From NCBI GenBank assembly GCA_048938295.1, contig JBHLMI010000003.1, forward strand, positions 91,437-123,436: a stretch of 32,000 nucleotides of DNA, in the 5' to 3' direction. Shown one piece after another: positions 1-8,913 of this stretch. A program made the position numbers and the translations under genes. Source of the stretch: Promethearchaeota archaeon (lineage in GTDB: Archaea; Asgardarchaeota; Hermodarchaeia; Hermodarchaeales; Hermodarchaeaceae). The notes below the pieces were generated by a model that saw only the letters and a program-made list of their open reading frames with translations, was not told where the DNA came from and did no database searches. The stretch's first letter is position 1. Each line of letters begins with the position of its first letter.

Positions 1-792
1 AACGAAATCAGGTTCGTAGACAACATAGGGATTTGATACGTTGCAAAGATAGAGCCCGTACTCGCTTTCGGCAAGATAAGCGATCTGTCCATCAATAGCA
101 ATTCCACGAGTCGTTACTGAATTCCAAACTGATGGCAATAGGACAGGATTCAGTGGATCTTCAAAGTCAATAATGCGAAAGGCATGAGTGGAGCCAGATC
201 CAACTGCCGTGGCAAAGACGAAATGGCCTTGCACTTCAATATCGGTGGTCATCCCATCGAGAAAAACTGTTCCAAGGAAAGTCGGGCCTAAAGCATAATG
301 ATAGGGATTAGAGACATTGTACCGTGCAACTCCACCTGAATATCGTCCGGCGTAGAAGATGTCACCGTCAATTCTGGCACAAATCAGATCACTCAAGGAA
401 GTTCGTGATGACATAACCTCAAGATTCGTTGGATCTGTAATATTGAGGATCCTGTTGCTGTTTGCCAAGGCTCCATAGTGTACATAGTAGACCTTACGGC
501 CTTGGACATCCACTCCCATCACTGGATAAGTGGTCGTGAAGTTATCGAGCAGTGTAATTGTATATTGGCGTTCGCTCGTGATAGTACCCATTCCCCATCC
601 AGCAGCAGTAGAGGCTCCACTATCAAAGAATGTAGTGGTCAAGAAATCCTCCGAATAGCCACTGGTCGTTCCGGGGACTGGGATAATAGTAGCAAGTGAT
701 GTCATTTGTGGGTCACTAGATACTGCTGCGAAAAAGATCAATGCAAATATAGCTAAAGCTATGAAAATGCGTGATTTACGAGGAAAATTCAT
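1..792 (-). CDS. LVIVD-repeat beta-propeller surface protein, paralog of 1683..4415 (5' part only; runs off the window edge)
   Basis: Hand translation from ATG (cat at 790-792) is open to position 1 (264 codons): MNFPRKSRIFIALAIFALIFFAAVSSDPQMTSLATIIPVPGTTSGYSEDFLTTTFFDSGASTAAGWGMGTITSERQY...DVQGRKVY...ILNITDPTNL...DIEVQGHFVF...IAIDGQIAYLAESEYGLYLCNVSNPY. It has a signal-like N-terminus and aligns colinearly with the 910-aa ORF. Confidence 0.9.
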   Translation of the reverse strand, partial: MNFPRKSRIFIALAIFALIFFAAVSSDPQMTSLATIIPVPGTTSGYSEDFLTTTFFDSGASTAAGWGMGTITSERQYTITLLDNFTTTYPVMGVDVQGRKVYYVHYGALANSNRILNITDPTNLEVMSSRTSLSDLICARIDGDIFYAGRYSGGVARYNVSNPYHYALGPTFLGTVFLDGMTTDIEVQGHFVFATAVGSGSTHAFRIIDFEDPLNPVLLPSVWNSVTTRGIAIDGQIAYLAESEYGLYLCNVSNPYVVYEPDFV

Positions 793-794
793 AT

Positions 795-844
795 TATCCC
801 TTCGGAAAATCGGTAGCTCTTCTATATGACTGGCAGCATAAAAA
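795..844 (-). promoter_or_regulatory. Putative promoter/5' leader of the first LVIVD gene
   Basis: Minus-strand TTTTTATG (837-844) lies ~45 bp upstream of the start, and TTTTCCG-AA-GGGATA (795-809) lies just before the ATG. The same two elements precede the paralog. Confidence 0.5.
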
Positions 845-1039
845 TATGTTCGCTAAACTCTTTCGAAGCTAAATAGAGTAAATGGAAGAAGCTAATTCAA
901 AAATCTCTGGAATACACAGAAGTTTCTGAAAATGAATTTTTCGTAGCACGACATATGAAAGCTATGGAGAATTAATCCACAGCTGTTTATAGGCATCTGT
1001 AATACCTAGAATGTTTAGAGCAACTTAGATGAGATTTTC

Positions 1040-1255
1040 ATGATGAGAAAATGGGGTTATGCATGGCTCGTAGTGACGGGATTTTTCATTACTGTAGGTA
1101 TAGGGATAGCTCTAGAAGGTCATATCTTTGCTGAACGAACCTTTTACATCGGAACCCTTGTGGAGATATTTGGTATGGTGCTGATCATCATATTGAATTC
1201 TGCAATTATGATACGGAGCAGCCTGGAACCTTCGTTGCTAAAAACTGATAAATAG
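1040..1255 (+). CDS. Small hypothetical membrane protein (2 TM)
   Basis: 71-aa ORF with two hydrophobic segments (YAWLVVTGFFITVGIGIAL; FYIGTLVEIFGMVLIIILNSAI). No family recognised. Confidence 0.45.
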   Translation: MMRKWGYAWLVVTGFFITVGIGIALEGHIFAERTFYIGTLVEIFGMVLIIILNSAIMIRSSLEPSLLKTDK

Positions 1256-1272
1256 ATTGACAGGATAAGGAG

Positions 1273-1482
1273 GTGATTCAATTGGCAGTAGCAGCTTATG
1301 CAGCATGGGTATTGGAGCGTACTAAAAAGACACTCAAAGAAGCGGGAGCCATTTCTGAAGAGACTGCTAAAACACCCAAAGAACTCAAACTTGATGAAAA
1401 GTGGCTGAAAATGAGTGTCAATACAATCATACCTTCTGGTGTCGTTGCAACAAAGGACGAAAGATATTATCTAACTAGCTAG
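1273..1482 (+). CDS. Small hypothetical protein, possibly winged-helix-like; likely start is TTG at 1282
   Basis: A strong SD-like AGGAGGTGA at ~1268-1276 precedes an in-frame TTG at 1282. The motif GAISEETAKTPKEL...ERYYL resembles small archaeal wHTH-like hypotheticals (from memory). Confidence 0.6.
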   Translation: MIQLAVAAYAAWVLERTKKTLKEAGAISEETAKTPKELKLDEKWLKMSVNTIIPSGVVATKDERYYLTS

Positions 1483-1682
1483 ATTCTAGTTGACTCAGGT
1501 TAATCAATGAGAGGTGCTTTCCGAGATTTTTCTCCAGTTTGTAACTACCTAGTATATTTTTTTATTTTTCTTGAAAGGTTTTTTATTATTCAGAATAATC
1601 TTCGTTTTCTATGGAGTATCTTTTCGAATTTGCCTGGTTCATTTTATAAACATGAATTAGAAAAGGGAATAGGGAAGCGTGG

Positions 1683-4415
1683 TCACCGCTTCCTGCGTCG
1701 ATAGAGGATTCCACCTGAAAGGGCAATAATCGTACCTAGAGCTATAGCTGCGACGGGGAAGCCTGGAATCGGAGGTGGAGGAGGTAAGCCACCGGTGATG
1801 GTGATGTCTTCCACGTTACTCCAGGGTCCGAGTGCTCCATCATTATCGATGGCACGTACACGGAAGTAAAAGATCCCTGATGTGATTGCAGTTACGTTGT
1901 AGTTGGTTGAAGTTGTGGGGTAGGTAGCCAGTATAACAGTAAAGCTAGGATTATTCGAACTTTGGAGTTGATAGCTGTCTACGGTTCCATCGGGGTCAGT
2001 GGCTGCAGACCAGCTGACCATGATATTCCCGGCTGGTAAATCGGTTCCAGGATCAGTGAGAACGGGTGCTGTGGGTGGTTGGGTGTGAGTGTAAGCGATG
2101 GTGATATTATAGACATGAGCACCGTGGTCATTACGGCTTGTGGAGATTTCTGCACGGAACCGTAGATCTGAGCCCTGGGTAGCAAAGGCATGCAACACAC
2201 CTGGGGTAACAGATTCCCAGGTGGTTCCTCCATCAGCTGAAAGCGACCAAGCGACGCTAGTTCCTACGGGGATATAACTGGTTTGCGTGAGTGTTGCACT
2301 CACAATCGTCTCTGTTGTAACGTCAATAGTTGTAGATTGGGCAATCGTGTTTCCCGTTGTGTAATGGTATCCTGAGCTGGTATAGATGCGGCAGATGTGA
2401 AGACTATTATTGTTGGCGATGTAGGCGAAGTCACCATCAATAGTGACAGCGACGGCGGTGGTTGTACCTGTATATCGGCCTATTATTTTCATGTAATCGA
2501 TATCTGATGTGTCCCACAGATAGGTGCCATTACCATTCATGGCATAGAGTGCATAGGGACCATATCCCCAGACACCCCGTGCATCCCAACCTGTGGAGTT
2601 GGCAATTGTGTCACCGATTTGTATATTATTGGGGTTAGTGACATCGGCGGACCACACCCAAAATTCATCTGCACCGAGGAGATAGTTGCCGTCCACATAG
2701 AGATCTCTATGGGTTACGACGGACCATTCTGAGTCAGCTAAGACTATATTGGTGTGATCAGTGACATCGAAAGCGTAAATCCCATCTCCGGCTTCGTTGT
2801 GGGTAACTACATAGCAATATTGCCCCTGAACAGCAACTGCTGTCGCGTTCGCACCACCAATGCTAACAAAGTCCTGTAAGGTGGGAGTGAAGGGGTTCGA
2901 TATGTTCACGATGTAAAGGCCATAAGTTCCATCTGCCACATAAGCTATGTCTCCAGCAACGGCAACATCTGTAGCTTCACTTAATGACCGTTTACCGAGG
3001 TAGCGAAGATTAGCAGGTTCTGAGATGTCGTAGATTTGTAGCCCCCCACCACTTCCATAATCAGCGACGAAGACTTTGTGTCCTTGTATGTCCAATTTTC
3101 TGTAGGACCTACCAGAACCTGTGACATGTTCATCGAGATAGGATGGATTAGCAGGATCGGAGATATCAACCGAAAGAAGTCCGGAAGCACCAGCGGCGAT
3201 ATAGGCCACATCATCTTGAACCCGAACATCGAAAACATCGTAGCCTCCTGAATAGGTGCCCCAATGTTCAGGGATTTGGATGCCAGCACCAAGTGATAGC
3301 GTATGGACTCCGAGCCCGGTACCAATTACTACATAGGGACCATACAGGCTAACATCGTATGTATCTGCAAAGTCGATACTATCAACGAAGGTCGGATGGG
3401 TGGGATCAGCCACATCGAGGACAACCAAGCCACCAGTATAATCTGCAACGTACAAAGTGTTGCCGTGCAAAGCGAGGCGTCGCGCAATTCCCGCTGTATT
3501 ATAAGCTCCAAGTGGAACAGGACCTGATGGATCACTGACATCGAAGATAGCAACACCAGCACTGCCACCGGCTAAATAGGCTAGGTTACCATCGACTAAG
3601 ACATCATAGACTTCCCCAGCTGTTGGAGTGGTACTTATGAATGAACCACCATCATAGGGTGTGGTGAAATTCCAGATGATAAGACCACCACCAGCATGTG
3701 CCATGTAGATTAGATCCCCATCAATTTCCAACCCATAAAGGGGATAGGATTCACTTGATAGGGCATACACCTCAACCATGTTAGCGGGATCTTCAACATC
3801 ATAGACGTGGATAACATCATTAGGATAGTCGAGAGCAACGTAGAGAAAGTGCCCTTGAATTTCAATGTCGAAAATGATTCCTTCTGCTACGTTAACATTA
3901 TCTAATTCAACAGGGCTGGATGGATTACTTACATCCCATGAACGCAGATAAGAGCCCTCATTCCCAAGATATACAACAGGGCCATTCGGTTCGGAAGCGG
4001 TGATATAGGAGGCAGGGTTTCCGTAGCCAATTCGAACAAGATTGGTTGGATCTGTGATATTGAGAATATCCAATGCCCAAACGCCTGTGGATTTGTAATT
4101 CATAGCATAAATTTTACGACCATGCACATCTAATGTGTGAACTGGATAAAGTGTGTAATTGTCAAGGGACTCAAGCTGATAGTCTCTTGGGCTTGTGAGT
4201 GTGCCCATACCCCAGCCCTGGGCTGTAGTAGCACCACCATCACGAAAAGTCTGAGAGCCAAAATCCTCTGCATAGGAAGTGGTTGTGCCAGGAACTGGTA
4301 CCATTAAGCTATTGGCTCCAGAAGCCGGAATTGTGGGCTGGAAAAGAAAGGTTGCCATCGGAACGAAAGCAACCAGAAGTAGTAATACAACTAGAGCCTT
4401 GTTATTTCGTACCAC
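1683..4415 (-). CDS. Cell-surface protein: signal peptide, ~14 LVIVD-type blades (two propellers), beta-sandwich, FN3 domain, IPGF-TM-basic C-terminal anchor
   Basis: Repeated LxxxD(V/I)(S/T)(D/N)PxxP motifs. FN3 signature (VSWSAATDPDG...YQLQ...YFRVRAID...GPWS). C-terminus PPPPPIPGF-hydrophobic-RRRKR. Confidence 0.92.
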   Translation of the reverse strand: MVRNNKALVVLLLLVAFVPMATFLFQPTIPASGANSLMVPVPGTTTSYAEDFGSQTFRDGGATTAQGWGMGTLTSPRDYQLESLDNYTLYPVHTLDVHGRKIYAMNYKSTGVWALDILNITDPTNLVRIGYGNPASYITASEPNGPVVYLGNEGSYLRSWDVSNPSSPVELDNVNVAEGIIFDIEIQGHFLYVALDYPNDVIHVYDVEDPANMVEVYALSSESYPLYGLEIDGDLIYMAHAGGGLIIWNFTTPYDGGSFISTTPTAGEVYDVLVDGNLAYLAGGSAGVAIFDVSDPSGPVPLGAYNTAGIARRLALHGNTLYVADYTGGLVVLDVADPTHPTFVDSIDFADTYDVSLYGPYVVIGTGLGVHTLSLGAGIQIPEHWGTYSGGYDVFDVRVQDDVAYIAAGASGLLSVDISDPANPSYLDEHVTGSGRSYRKLDIQGHKVFVADYGSGGGLQIYDISEPANLRYLGKRSLSEATDVAVAGDIAYVADGTYGLYIVNISNPFTPTLQDFVSIGGANATAVAVQGQYCYVVTHNEAGDGIYAFDVTDHTNIVLADSEWSVVTHRDLYVDGNYLLGADEFWVWSADVTNPNNIQIGDTIANSTGWDARGVWGYGPYALYAMNGNGTYLWDTSDIDYMKIIGRYTGTTTAVAVTIDGDFAYIANNNSLHICRIYTSSGYHYTTGNTIAQSTTIDVTTETIVSATLTQTSYIPVGTSVAWSLSADGGTTWESVTPGVLHAFATQGSDLRFRAEISTSRNDHGAHVYNITIAYTHTQPPTAPVLTDPGTDLPAGNIMVSWSAATDPDGTVDSYQLQSSNNPSFTVILATYPTTSTNYNVTAITSGIFYFRVRAIDNDGALGPWSNVEDITITGGLPPPPPIPGFPVAAIALGTIIALSGGILYRRRKR

Positions 4416-4419
4416 AGGA

Positions 4420-4475
4420 TATCCCTCACGGAAAAGTGGTATGAAATATTATTGAATAGGTTTCATAAAAACCTA
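4420..4475 (-). promoter_or_regulatory. Putative promoter of the second LVIVD gene, with an inverted repeat over the TATA-like box
   Basis: TAGGTTT-CATAA-AAACCTA (4457-4475) is a perfect 7-bp inverted repeat overlapping minus-strand TTTTTATG (4464-4471). Leader TTTTCCG-TGAG-GGGATA at 4420-4436. Confidence 0.5.
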
Positions 4476-4532
4476 CGCTGGAGGCTTTTCCCTTGCTAAC
4501 TCATCAAATGAGAAAAGCCAATTTGTATGGCG

Positions 4533-5075
4533 TTAACTGCACTTGATGGCAGGTTCAAGATGCCGGCGAAATTCATTAGTTAGTTCGCCAACAATGTTCT
4601 TGATCTCCCCTCGAAGGTCGAAGCGACGATCAGCAAAATACTCGGCGAGTAAGGCTTCTAATTGGAGAATGCTTTTGGTGAGGACTTCGTGTTCATCGAG
4701 CCCCCCTTCAGCGAGGAGTTCCCAGTATCCGTCAGTGAAGGCACTCAAGAAGGCGCTCAGGGTATGAGGGTCTTGTTGTTGAGCGATGTGAAGGGCTTCG
4801 AGGGCATTCGAAAATGTGATGCTCGCCCGTCGGTCTAGCGGTAAATCGGCGATGGTTTCACAAAGCATACCATCGATAAAGGTACGACCCCGACAATCCT
4901 CCAAGTGGGCGCTGTGGGGTTCGAGGGTGCAGTGACTGAGCACAGACATATCGTAGAAAGGGCATTCACCTGGAGGGGATGTATGCTTCTCCATGATGGT
5001 CTCGATGCGCTTCCGGTGGTGGAAGAGCTTGAGAAGTTCACGCGCTGCTTCTATTCGCTTAAGCTCCCTTGGCAT
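4533..5075 (-). CDS. Hypothetical protein with a four-Cys cluster (possible metal binding) and a helical C-terminal half
   Basis: 180-aa ORF with ATG start, filling the gap between neighbours. Motif CPFY-x7-C-x11-C-x10-C. Confidence 0.7.
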   Translation of the reverse strand: MPRELKRIEAARELLKLFHHRKRIETIMEKHTSPPGECPFYDMSVLSHCTLEPHSAHLEDCRGRTFIDGMLCETIADLPLDRRASITFSNALEALHIAQQQDPHTLSAFLSAFTDGYWELLAEGGLDEHEVLTKSILQLEALLAEYFADRRFDLRGEIKNIVGELTNEFRRHLEPAIKCS

Positions 5076-5170
5076 AATTTGACATCCTACCCTCGATTGG
5101 TAGCCTGCAAGCCGACTGATTCTTGGAGATTCTCGAATTTAAACCCTTTGATATCTTCAAGTATCTATTC

Positions 5171-6484
5171 TTAGAGCTTACGGTCTCGAAGACCTAGCGC
5201 TCTCCGAACTTTTGACAGTTTTTTGGTGTAGAAAAGGAGGAAAAATATCGGAACGAGGATGATGAAGTTGTGATGCCAAATGCCTGCAGGTGCCCCGAGT
5301 AGAAATAAGGTCATGCTAATCACACTATATAATATACTCTCATCGTAATTGGGTCGATGAAGAACTTGAATCAGCAGGATAACTGTGATGATAAGAGCGA
5401 CAGCGCTAAATACAGTGCTAATACGAATACCAGCAGGTGGAAATACACCTCGTGTGGCAATTTGTAATGGATCCCCGATTCCAACCCATAAGTCAGGAGG
5501 GATTGTTGCTAGACCCAGACTCGCCCAAATACTGTTAGCCACAATCCAATAAACGTTAAAGATAACCGCAGGGATGGAACCGGTCCAGCTCCACCACGAT
5601 TGGATATGCAGTGGCCAAGGTTCATATCCGCGACCAAATTGCTCAAGTAAAAGGTCATTAACCATAGCCCAATGTCTAAGAGGATTATTATGAACAAGGG
5701 CCTCCAACGATGCCCATAACTGAAAAGCGCCAAAGATCGCAACGGCAGGCAGAACTCCAAGGATCCATTTGCGATAACTGCGGAAATGGTAAGCTATGGC
5801 GAAGAGCAGGAGGAGCCCGATGTACTGATAGGTGATAGCCCCGATACCTAGCCAGAAAACGGACCAGAAAGGATCCTTCCATTTTTCGTATCCCATCCAT
5901 AAAAGGAACAGAACGATCGTCATATGAGTGACGAAATCTAAGGTGACCATGATCGGGTTAATCCACACGAAGAGAGCCGCCAATCGATTGTCACTTCGCA
6001 TCATCCGGTCGAAGAGCAGAAAACCGAAGAAGCCATGTAGGATCATGAAGCTGGGTTGGAAATCCATACAACCAGCCAAGTCAAAGGAGTAAGGGTAAAT
6101 CATAGCAGGAATATGAAAGAGTAGGCTTCCAGGGCCATAATTGATGAAGTTTTGATAATATAGGTCACAAGGACCCTCCGCTAGGGCGGTGAGCCAATAA
6201 TCCCGATTATAGGGATTCAATCCGCTGAACATATAATTGAGCCCTTGGGTGAGAAGTTCGTTCATATCATTGACATCAGGAAAGGTAGGGTTGATACTAG
6301 CAATGTAAAGAATTAGAATGAGGGTGAGGAGCCGAATGAAAATACCAGCCCCGATCTCTTTCCACCACTGCCGATATAGCTGAAAACTATCCACGATATA
6401 CACACTAATTCGTTGAACCATGGATGGCTTAGCATCGGGATAGGATGGCAAGACTGGTTCAGTCTCTTTTGAAGATTCGTTCAT
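5171..6484 (-). CDS. Polytopic membrane glycosyltransferase, GT-C fold (GT87/DUF2029-like)
   Basis: Many TM helices. First loop reads DMNELL..GLNYMFSGLNPY...NYGPGSLLFHIP, matching the G-x-NPY / NYPP pattern. Its start overlaps the upstream paralog's stop (ATGA). Confidence 0.7.
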   Translation of the reverse strand: MNESSKETEPVLPSYPDAKPSMVQRISVYIVDSFQLYRQWWKEIGAGIFIRLLTLILILYIASINPTFPDVNDMNELLTQGLNYMFSGLNPYNRDYWLTALAEGPCDLYYQNFINYGPGSLLFHIPAMIYPYSFDLAGCMDFQPSFMILHGFFGFLLFDRMMRSDNRLAALFVWINPIMVTLDFVTHMTIVLFLLWMGYEKWKDPFWSVFWLGIGAITYQYIGLLLLFAIAYHFRSYRKWILGVLPAVAIFGAFQLWASLEALVHNNPLRHWAMVNDLLLEQFGRGYEPWPLHIQSWWSWTGSIPAVIFNVYWIVANSIWASLGLATIPPDLWVGIGDPLQIATRGVFPPAGIRISTVFSAVALIITVILLIQVLHRPNYDESILYSVISMTLFLLGAPAGIWHHNFIILVPIFFLLFYTKKLSKVRRALGLRDRKL

Positions 6485-7692
6485 GATGTTCCCTCTCTAT
6501 TTGAAACAGTTGTTGTTCGATTGAGTGAATCCTGTGTGTTTTCAGCTGCATATAAAGAATCACGATGTCTCCAAAAAAGGAAGGGTAATGTTATGCAAAG
6601 CACCCAATAATGAGCCAATCCCTCAGCTGTACTAGCTATGAAAAAGGCTAAGAGGAGCCCTGGGATGAGAATGGCTTGAGCCCAATTAAGATTCTTTATG
6701 AAGTATACCAACCCAAAAATAGCGAAAACCATTACCATCAGCATCATCACATAAGCGATTTGTGGCGATAGTGGAGGGGGAAGCCCTAAACCAATTCCGA
6801 TGTTGAAGACCCAGGAGGGGATTGAACCCATGAAAAGGAATCCCAACGGATAATACCGGTTGTAGTAGGGGCTTAAGCTGTTGTTATCTAGCCAATTGAT
6901 ATGGGGCCGTCCGACTTGCATGACCAGCAGGTCACGAACAAAGAGAATAGGATTCCAGAAAAAGAAGAGAAGAGTAATGAGAAGAAACGGTAGCATACCT
7001 AAAAAACTCCAGCGCAATTGACCTGCCTTCCAATGGTAAATGAGTATGAAAGGGATGAAGACTGCCCCCATTTGATAGGTGGCAGCGACGAGCACCGCAT
7101 ATGCTCCGCTTCGAACGGGTTTATCCAAGTTGATCAACATCAGGGTTAGTAGCATTAGAGGAAGCGACATGAAGGTAATGACGTTAACAAAAACAAAGAA
7201 TGGATTCATCCAAATAACTTTGGAAATGACTCGGTGCTCATTTTGCCACAACCGATAAAAAGTGACGAAATCAAAGAACCAGTGGAGCAAAAAGAAGGCA
7301 GGCATGAAATCCATAGTGCCAATGCTGTGTGGTCCAAGCCACAAAGCTGTTGGTAAATGGAACAGGATGGCGAAGGGTGGGTAATTGAAGTAATCTTGGG
7401 TGTAACTACCTGCAAAAGTGGAAAGAAGATAAGTTTGACCATAGGGATTGACACCATGGAGGAGATTCACCATTCCTTTGAAGACTAATTCATTCATATC
7501 GGTGAGGTCACCCGCTACATTTAGGAACATGTAAAAAGCAAAGAAGGTGGCCAGCCGGACAATAATACCAGCCCAAAAATCTGTGGCCCGAAGAAGGCGT
7601 GGAATATCATTGAGATTCAGTGTGATGCTAAGTCGTTGCCAAAGTGGTTTCTGCGGCTGTGGCTCAGACTTTGGCTCGCTCAGACTCGACAC
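6481..7692 (-). CDS. Polytopic membrane glycosyltransferase, GT-C fold (GT87/DUF2029-like), paralog of 5171..6484
   Basis: DMNELVFKGMVNLLHGVNPY...YFNYPPFAILFHLP, followed by multiple TM helices. GTG start with SD-like GAAGGTG. Confidence 0.75.
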   Translation of the reverse strand: MSSLSEPKSEPQPQKPLWQRLSITLNLNDIPRLLRATDFWAGIIVRLATFFAFYMFLNVAGDLTDMNELVFKGMVNLLHGVNPYGQTYLLSTFAGSYTQDYFNYPPFAILFHLPTALWLGPHSIGTMDFMPAFFLLHWFFDFVTFYRLWQNEHRVISKVIWMNPFFVFVNVITFMSLPLMLLTLMLINLDKPVRSGAYAVLVAATYQMGAVFIPFILIYHWKAGQLRWSFLGMLPFLLITLLFFFWNPILFVRDLLVMQVGRPHINWLDNNSLSPYYNRYYPLGFLFMGSIPSWVFNIGIGLGLPPPLSPQIAYVMMLMVMVFAIFGLVYFIKNLNWAQAILIPGLLLAFFIASTAEGLAHYWVLCITLPFLFWRHRDSLYAAENTQDSLNRTTTVSNREGTS

Positions 7693-7803
7693 ACACCTTC
7701 AACTAAAACAGACTGAGAGTGTAGGCTCTGTTACCTTTGCCCAAATAAGCCTTATGCCAATTAAATGAAGAACCAAATGTCTTGATGAGAAATACAGGTT
7801 GAC

Positions 7804-8877
7804 CTAAAGGTAGCGTCGGAACATCTTGCCCCATTCAGTTTTCATGATTCGGTCAATGTGTTTCTTCCCTCGTGTTTTCAACCAAATGTCGCGAAGGTAA
7901 TGGCTGATTTTCACGTTCACATTGAAGAATGCTGATCGCATCATGAATGGCTCCAAGAAGCTGCTCCGGAAGAAGCGGTCAAACCGAATAACAGGGTCGA
8001 GTTTGGTTTCGTATTCAAAGCAGACGCCATCAATATCGTCGCCTACAATCTCTTTCGTGCAGAGATCCCCATTACCTAAACCCTGTTCGTGTGCCATCCG
8101 CACGTGACCAATGTCCATGGGGTTGTATCCAATCATTTGTGCACAGAGGGCATCTAAGGCTACCAGATCTCCGCTAGCGGCGATATAGTTTTGTACATAA
8201 GGGCGTCCGGTGCGTGGACCTGCACCATCCATCGCGATAGTGCTGTCAGCGAAGGCGAAGAGCGGACCACAGAACTCTTGTTGGATGCGCAGCAAGTCGA
8301 CTAAGATTTCATGGATTCTGAGATGATAATGGTGGCGAACCGTTCGCAAAAACCCAAAGGCATTTTTCATCGAGCAGGTAATCGTACTGTGACCATGGCA
8401 TTTGAAGGTGGGCAAATGGATAATTTGTGCGTCGATGATGGGTTTTGGCATTAGCATATCTTCTTGACCAAAGACCATGGGTTGGGATGGATTGACTTCC
8501 ACCCATTCCTCGTCGACAAGAATCGTCCATGGAACATCAAATTTCTCGAGTAAGGGTACATAGCGATTCTTGTACATCCCTGTTCGAGCATCAGTAACAA
8601 CCGTCATATTCTCCAATGCGAGGACATCTGTGAAGTTGCGCTTAGACAACTCCCGGAGTGTCGCATCAAGCTGGTAGGGTTGAGTCGAACAGGAGGGAAA
8701 ATACTCTTGCCAAGAAATATTGAGCTTCATTACAGTTCGTGCTTTGGGATCAAAGAACGAATCAAGCTTCGCTAGGCGGAAGAGACGGGCGACATCATCG
8801 AAATAAGTTTCAGGAGTCGTTTTAACAACAGCGAGAGGCAGTTTGCTTGGGTCTATTTTCTTCATACTGTTCACCAT
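7804..8877 (-). CDS. DUF362 domain-containing protein
   Basis: Characteristic segments MKLNISWQEYFPSCSTQP, HLPTFKCHGHSTITCSMKNAFG, DSTIAMDGAGP, ASGDLVALDA and HVRMAHEQGLG. Confidence 0.85.
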   Translation of the reverse strand: MVNSMKKIDPSKLPLAVVKTTPETYFDDVARLFRLAKLDSFFDPKARTVMKLNISWQEYFPSCSTQPYQLDATLRELSKRNFTDVLALENMTVVTDARTGMYKNRYVPLLEKFDVPWTILVDEEWVEVNPSQPMVFGQEDMLMPKPIIDAQIIHLPTFKCHGHSTITCSMKNAFGFLRTVRHHYHLRIHEILVDLLRIQQEFCGPLFAFADSTIAMDGAGPRTGRPYVQNYIAASGDLVALDALCAQMIGYNPMDIGHVRMAHEQGLGNGDLCTKEIVGDDIDGVCFEYETKLDPVIRFDRFFRSSFLEPFMMRSAFFNVNVKISHYLRDIWLKTRGKKHIDRIMKTEWGKMFRRYL

Positions 8878-8913
8878 TACGCCCAGTAAAAAACACGGGG
8901 AGTTGTATCAGCT

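Noticed and set aside
478-699. 73-aa plus-strand ORF
   Set aside because: Antisense shadow of the real minus-strand LVIVD gene 1..792.
846-975. Short open stretches upstream of the small ORFs (e.g. KWKKLIQKSLEYTEVSENEFF)
   Set aside because: No usable start or recognisable homology; cannot support a gene or pseudogene call.
1507-1704. 65-aa ORF in a T-rich region
   Set aside because: Its Phe-rich composition derives from terminator-like T tracts, and it overlaps the convergent LVIVD stop.
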